From assembly GCF_006345805.1 (NCBI RefSeq), contig NW_021825885.1:1-14169 (forward strand): a stretch of DNA of 14,169 bases, read 5' to 3'. A program made the translations under genes and the position numbers. This DNA comes from Octopus sinensis (Eukaryota). A model generated the notes under the pieces. It ran no database searches. It worked only from the letters and a program-made list of their open reading frames with translations, and was not told where the DNA came from. Shown here in pieces: positions 9,366-14,169 of the stretch (within the stretch, counting starts at the first letter, position 1; each line of letters opens with the position of its first letter).

Positions 9366-10670
9366 CGCATACAATTGTTGGTACATGCCCTTAAAAATTC
9401 CAACCCAGCTTCATCGTCGTAAATAAAAACAATGGTATTAAATCTCTCCTCAAGGCGAATGTACTTTTTTGCTTTTTCTTGCCACTTCAACCCCTGATAT
9501 GACCTGTTCTATCACCATTTCGGAGTGTGACTGTTCTATTCTAAGCTTCTCAATTAATTTGGATAAGTTGACTCTTCTACAGAAGGCGTGGTGCCACCCT
9601 TCTAGAGAGTTGCTGATTTTTGGGAGAGCATTGAGAATTCTGTTGTAGCACGTCCATAAAGCAATGTCGTATAATGGCCATCGACGTCTATCTCGTTGCA
9701 TGATTCCTACTCACGTACACTCAAAATAAGACAGGAATTCCTCCAAAATTTCATCAGTTTGAGCACTTAAAGAATGAAGGAATTGTTCGGAATTGCTACA
9801 TCATTAGGTGGTACGAAAGCTGACGCTTGCAGCTGTTTCATAATAAATGTATTTTCTCCTCCGGTATACCACGTTTATAAACCCGTATTCTGTATCTTGC
9901 GTTATAAACAGTCCGAAGTGGGAAAACCAACCAAACACAGAAACGTGAGGGAAATTGTTTTTAATGCTTTTTATAGCTGCTTTCTCAAAGTCAACTGTAA
10001 TTGATTTTACACTCAAATTCCTTTCTTCTTTAATAAATTTAAATATCAAATCATAATTCGCTTCAGATTTACTGTTTTTATGCAATAAAGTAAAGGCATT
10101 GTTTTACTTTCACAAATTAGTGCATGGATCGTGTATAACTGCTTACCTAAAGGAACGCTGTCAATAGTTCCATCACAAAATCAGTTACTTTTCTTGGATA
10201 AAATTTCTAAATTTTCCACAGTACCAAATATAGAAACCTCGTCATTTCTATATAGTAAAACATTATCACCTCTTGGCGTTTTATACAATTCATCCTCATT
10301 AATAACTGGTCTTTTCCGTCGCACTCTACATTTAAGAGATTCCAATTTCGGAAAACATCCAGCAACGCTCAAGGAGATATCGGAAGCTACGGCTTCAACT
10401 ATAGAACGCGGCAATTGTTCAGTTCGTCCAGCAAGAAGCTTTATTTCTTCCTTAACTTTTTCAGCGTGATTTTCAATCGGCGTAGGTGGATGTACGTGTT
10501 CAGAAGGAGTTGTGCTAATTTCATCCTCAATCGTTGTCAGTCTAGCGCTGCACAGTTTACGATTTGCATAAGTCCAATAAGTCTTTTCTTTTTCTGGTTC
10601 TATCAATAATATAGGTATACTCTTTGCATAGAAGCTTTCTGCCTCCTCGTTCCGTTCTGATGAACTCCAT
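9366..10670 (-). pseudogene. FLYWCH zinc finger + MULE DDE transposase pseudogene, about 435 codons
   Basis: ATG at 10670. MEFIRTERGGRKLLCKEYTY, frameshift, KTYWTYANRKLCSARLTT...EHVHPP (FLYWCH); *FCDGTIDSVP..QLYTIH (D at 10174-10172); ITVDFEKAA (D at 9992-9990); GWFSHFG (decayed CxxH); ISNSLEGWH (E at 9602-9600); C-terminal LEFLRACTNN. Several stops and frameshifts. Confidence 0.93.
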
Positions 10671-10685
10671 GATCGATACTTCCGC

Positions 10686-10785
10686 ATGTCGACTTATTGT
10701 CCAATCGGCGAATTGTCCAATCGGTGAATTGTCCGTCGGTGAATTGTCTGTCGGCGAATTGTCTGTCGACGAACTGTCTGCCCGC
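10686..10785 (-). repeat. Right TIR: six 15-16-bp subrepeats
   Basis: Reverse complement gcgggca-gacagttcgtcgaca-gacaattcgccgaca-gacaattcaccgacg-gacaattcaccgattg-gacaattcgccgattg-gacaataagtcgacat aligns unit for unit with the left TIR. Confidence 0.92.
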
Positions 10786-10786
10786 G

Positions 10787-10920
10787 ACACACACACACAC
10801 ACGCACACACACACACCACACACACACGCGCACAGACACACACACAGAGAATATATAAACAATTTATAAAAAGATATATAATATACATACATTATATATA
10901 TATATACATACGTATATGCA
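10787..10920. repeat. (CA)n then (TA)n microsatellite
   Basis: Read directly from the sequence. Confidence 0.88.
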
Positions 10921-10929
10921 TATTGCATT

Positions 10930-11241
10930 AACTGTAGAACTAGAAATATGATGTTGTGTATAAGGTGCATAGAAGATGCTTGTAAAGATAAGAACATGAC
11001 ATACATTGGTGAGACATCTAGAAGCATTGCGGAGACGTTAAATGTACATTTGAGACAATACGACAACAAAAAACAGTCCTTCATACTCTACCATAATGCC
11101 AAAGACCAATATAGCGGTATACTAGGTTGACTTGACACCCGCATTTTATCCAAGCACCCGCAGAACCCAACACTTAGACAAATACAGGAGTACATCCTCA
11201 TAAATGAAACACACCCTGTACTGGATAAGAGATACATATAG
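10930..11241 (+). pseudogene. Penelope-like retroelement GIY-YIG endonuclease fragment
   Basis: One frame with one internal stop: NCRTRNMMLCIRCIEDACKDKNMTYIGETSRSIAETLNVH...ILG*LDTRILSKHPQNPTLRQIQEYILINETHPVLDKRYI*. Matches the PLE pattern C..C..YIGETSR....R..EH...RQI.E.I.I....P.LN. Confidence 0.88.
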
Positions 11242-11510
11242 GAGGTAGTGATACCTCAATACCAGCACTTTATACATACACAGGTAGATTTTTCCGTAGG
11301 CTGTTATGTAGACGAATATAATTTAAAAATAGGATAAAATCTTTATAAGAATTTATCAAGTAGTTAGCGTGAAAAGCCTCATAAGAGAAAATAATCCATC
11401 AATTTCTTTCCTTTAAATATATTTATTTTATTTTTATTATATAGAGGGCGTTATTACACATAAATGCCCTCTACATATAATATATAATATATATATATAT
11501 ATAAAACCCC

Positions 11511-11675
11511 TGACAACCATTGCTGATGTGTTTTCTTCATAGTAACTTGACGGTTCGGTAAAAAAGACAGAAATAATAAGTATCCGGCTTTAGAACAAAA
11601 TAAGTCCTGGGGCCGATTCCTTCAAATAAAATTCTTCAAGGCTGTTCCCCAGCAAAGCCACAGACTAATGACTGG
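11511..11675 (+). mobile_element. Family A SINE, diverged 3' half
   Basis: TGACAACC..GTAACTT..CGGTTCGG..AATAAGTCCTGGGG..CGATT..CCAGCA..GCCACAG is collinear with about 7907-8060. Confidence 0.82.
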
Positions 11676-11734
11676 AGGAAATAATGCATCTTCATGTGCA
11701 GCCTAAGAAAAGAAAAAAAAAGGAAATTGTTTTT

Positions 11735-11802
11735 AGTATGGAATTTGAACTACGCATCTTTGTCTTACCGGACTATCATGTTACCAATTGAGCTAAGTGA
11801 CT
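11735..11802 (-). other. Degenerate tRNA-like sequence (Thr-like pseudogene or SINE head)
   Basis: Minus strand AGTCACTTAGCTCAATTGGTAA...GTCCGGTAAGAC...GTAGTTCAAATTCCA has A-box and B-box motifs at tRNA spacing; acceptor and T stems are broken. Confidence 0.45.
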
Positions 11803-11995
11803 AAAGACTGAATTAACATACCCGCCGAAATAACAAATATAGACTTGCTTTTTGTGGTTAAGCTTGGCAATATGCTTTTCTCTAATGTCCCATAAGATTT
11901 GTAGATAATTTAGTAGCTTAGCATCTTAAATATTACTAGCACACAAACACACATACACAAACACACATACGCAAACACACACGCACGCACCCATA

Positions 11996-12220
11996 CGAGA
12001 GGCCTTTAACAAAGGGTAAACAGACTGTGGGTGGTTCATTAGCTTCATCCCCTCTTTTCGTTATAACTGGAATGGATAGTATGTTTTTGGGGTAGTTGTT
12101 GCTTAATAGATTGTTACTGAGCTTGGTCATTTCTTCGTGGTGGATATCACGATCGCTACTTATATTCTTTGCTCGGTGTTTTAGGCACTGAGCAATCCCT
12201 CTCTTTACACTGTATTGCAC
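11996..12220 (-). pseudogene. Penelope-like retroelement RT C-terminal/linker fragment
   Basis: SVKRGIAQCLKHRAKNISSDRDIHHEEMTKLSNNLLSNNYPKNIL...TVCLPFVKGLS matches the PLE region between RT and GIY-YIG (K..I...L..RA..I.S......E...L...L..N.YP...LPYV.G.S). Confidence 0.85.
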
Positions 12221-12224
12221 CGCC

Positions 12225-13585
12225 TTGCCCTTAACATTGATATTACAACAGAGATTGAGGGCAGTGAACTGGCAGAATCATTAGCACGCTGGTCAAAATG
12301 CTTAGCGGAACTTCGTCCGTCTGTACGTTCTTGAGTTCAAATGCCACCGAGATCGACTTTGCCTTTCATCCTTTCGAGGTCGTTAAAACAAGTACCAGAT
12401 AAGCACTGGCGGTCGATGTAATCGATTTGAACCCTTTCTCACAACTGCTGGCTCTGTGCCGAAATTTAAAGCCGATATTACAGCAGCGAAATAGTTGGAA
12501 CAGTAGTGAAGCGGTTATCCCAATTTCATTGTCTTTTAGATAAATGTTTATAAGTATGTGTGATGTAGGAAAGTATGGATTGGTATGTGAAAATACATTA
12601 GCTTACCATGAGTAAAAGTTACATAGTCATATAAACATTCCACAATATGGTTGGTTTTGGTCGGTTACTCATCAAATGACCGGATTAAAAACAGTTGATG
12701 TCAGACAAAGGAGTACTTTTTATACGAAACCTTTTCAATGTGTTTCTAGAATAATATAATGATGGAAACTTCTGATTCTTTTCAAGGAAATTTTAAATTA
12801 AGAAGTAGAGAAGTCTGCAAACTTCGTTTTCCCTATGATATTGACTTAAAAGTACAATGCAGAAAAGAATTTAGAGATTTAAGAATACGTTCTGGTACAA
12901 CTGCATGGAAATACGGAATGGAAGTTAATGTTGGAAAAAAAAAAAGGAAGCAAATTAATGATAACTAGTAAGAACATATAAAAAAAATAGTCAATCGAAT
13001 AGAAATGGTAGACAAGTCACTAAAAGAACTTAATGAATTTAAATAATCGTGGAGAACTATAATGGGAGATGTAAGATCAAAGAACGGAATACAATGTCGG
13101 ATTTTAGTAGCTTCAACAGCTTTAGAAAATGAAACACAGTTGGAAAAAAAAATATATATATATAAAAAGATTACAAATTCAGCAAAATCTCACCTCCCAC
13201 CACTAAAAAAAAGGGAAAATCAAGGCTTTTGAAAACAAATGTAGAAAGAAGCATCACATTTCATATCTGAAATATCGAACTAACGAGAGGTTTAGGAAAA
13301 GAATTGTTGGAAAGAGAGCAAAGCAGGGAAATCTGACGATTGTAAAAAGGAGGTAGATAAAGTAGTTTGAACGCCATGACAACGTATAACAAGCGAATAT
13401 GGTCATACACGGTGAAAGAGGAATGAGAAGTTCACGAATCGGTTGTTGAACTACGTCAAGAAATGGACAAAGACGAAGAAGGTGCAAAATTTGTGGGTTG
13501 GGTAACAAAAGGAAAAGAAAGACGGGAGCAGCTGAGCTGTGTCTATTGCTGTGCACCTACGGCTTCTTCAGTCTATAGATTTTGA
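12225..13585 (+). mobile_element. Decayed, 5'-truncated RTE-clade LINE (RT domain to 3' end)
   Basis: Motifs in the expected order: K*LEQ**SGYPNFIVF* (cf. KYL.HQ..LYH.FIDFK), DVRQ, LFNVFLE, KLRFPYDIDL at 12819-12848 (cf. LRFADDIDL), YGMEVN, KIKAFENKC at 13216-13242, ISYLKYRTNE, TIVKRR*IK*F, VKKWT. Catalytic motif destroyed. Confidence 0.88.
12255..12473 (+). mobile_element. tRNA-derived SINE, family B, with Meta-like domain and 16-bp TSD
   Basis: B box GAGTTCAAATGCC (12333-12345); GATCGACTTTGCCTTTCATCCTTTCGAGGTCGTTAAAACAAGTACCAG (12351-12398) resembles the MetaSINE central domain. Direct repeats GATATTACAACAGAGA (12239-12254) and GATATTACAGCAGCGA (12474-12489) match at 14/16. Confidence 0.88.
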
Positions 13586-13604
13586 TATATGAATGCATAT
13601 ACTA

Positions 13605-13606
<2 letters not shown>

Positions 13607-13681
<75 letters not shown>

Positions 13682-13694
13682 CTATCTATCTATT

Positions 13695-13759
<65 letters not shown>

Positions 13760-13822
13760 CTATGTATATATGTATATGTATATGTACACGCACACATACA
13801 TACACACACAGACACACATATA
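13607..13822. repeat. (TCTA)n-(CT)n-(TCTG)n-(TA)/(CA) compound microsatellite
   Basis: Read directly from the sequence. Confidence 0.95.
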
Positions 13823-13827
13823 CACGA

Positions 13828-14169
13828 GGTGGTTAGGACAGCGGACTTGCGGTCGTTGGATCGCGGTTTCGACTCCCAGACCGGGCATTGTGAGTGTTTA
13901 TTGAGCGAAACAACCTAAAGCTCCATCAGGCTCCGGCAGGGGTTGGTGGTGAACCCTGGTGTACTCTTTCGCCACAACTTTCTCTCACTCTTTGTTCCTG
14001 TTTCTTTTGTACCTGTATTTCAAAGGGCCAGCTTTGTCACACTCTGTGTCACGGTGAATCTCCCCGAGAACTACGTTAAGGGCACACACGTCTGAGGAGT
14101 GCTCAGCCACTTGCACGTTAACAAATGAGCTGCGACGTCACTGTTGCCAAGCTGTGTCGGCCCTTGCCT
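13828..14169 (+). mobile_element. tRNA-derived SINE sharing its 5' half with family C but with a different 3' half; runs to the window edge
   Basis: 13828-13993 is collinear with the reverse complement of about 4225-4060 (GGTGGTTAGG..GCGGACT..CAGACCGGGC..GGCTCCGGCAG..CTCTTTCGCCACAACTTTCTCTCACTCTTT). No similarity after about 13998. Confidence 0.88.

Larger units (their letters stand above)
9117..10785 (-). mobile_element. Mutator-like DNA transposon (FLYWCH+MULE, Phantom-type), both TIRs present, inactive
   Basis: TIRs of about 100 bp at 9117-9217 and 10686-10785 enclose a decayed MULE transposase. No TSD discernible because both flanks are microsatellite. Confidence 0.92.

Noticed and set aside
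9105-10795. Target-site duplication around the Mutator element
   Set aside because: Flanks are TA-rich on the left and CA repeats on the right; no direct repeat can be supported.
10557-11084. 175-aa minus-strand ORF with TDNSP repeats
   Set aside because: Chance read-through of antisense PLE sequence, microsatellite and 15-bp TIR units; only the part from ATG 10670 is real transposase.

Overview
AT-rich eukaryotic non-coding DNA with no intact protein-coding gene. The repeat content looks like an octopus genome (inference from recalled SINE and microsatellite styles, not from a search). A large part of the window is microsatellite ((TG/CA)n, (TA)n, (TCTA)n, (GAT)n, (GA)n), which explains almost all the long ORFs in the track. 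The rest is mostly transposon remains: (1) a complete but dead 1.67-kb Mutator-like FLYWCH+MULE (Phantom-type) element with modular TIRs (9117-10785); (2) a mariner 3' end (664-789); (3) two Penelope-like protein fragments (a GIY-YIG endonuclease and an RT C-terminal linker); (4) a decayed RTE-clade LINE (about 12225-13585) with a SINE nested in it; (5) several families of tRNA-derived SINEs, two copies with visible target-site duplications; (6) a probable decayed gag/ORF1-like region. The most unusual structure is an imperfect palindrome of about 160 bp centred on 1688, built from two divergent hammerhead-ribozyme-like motifs in opposite polarity. I see no intact novel gene system.
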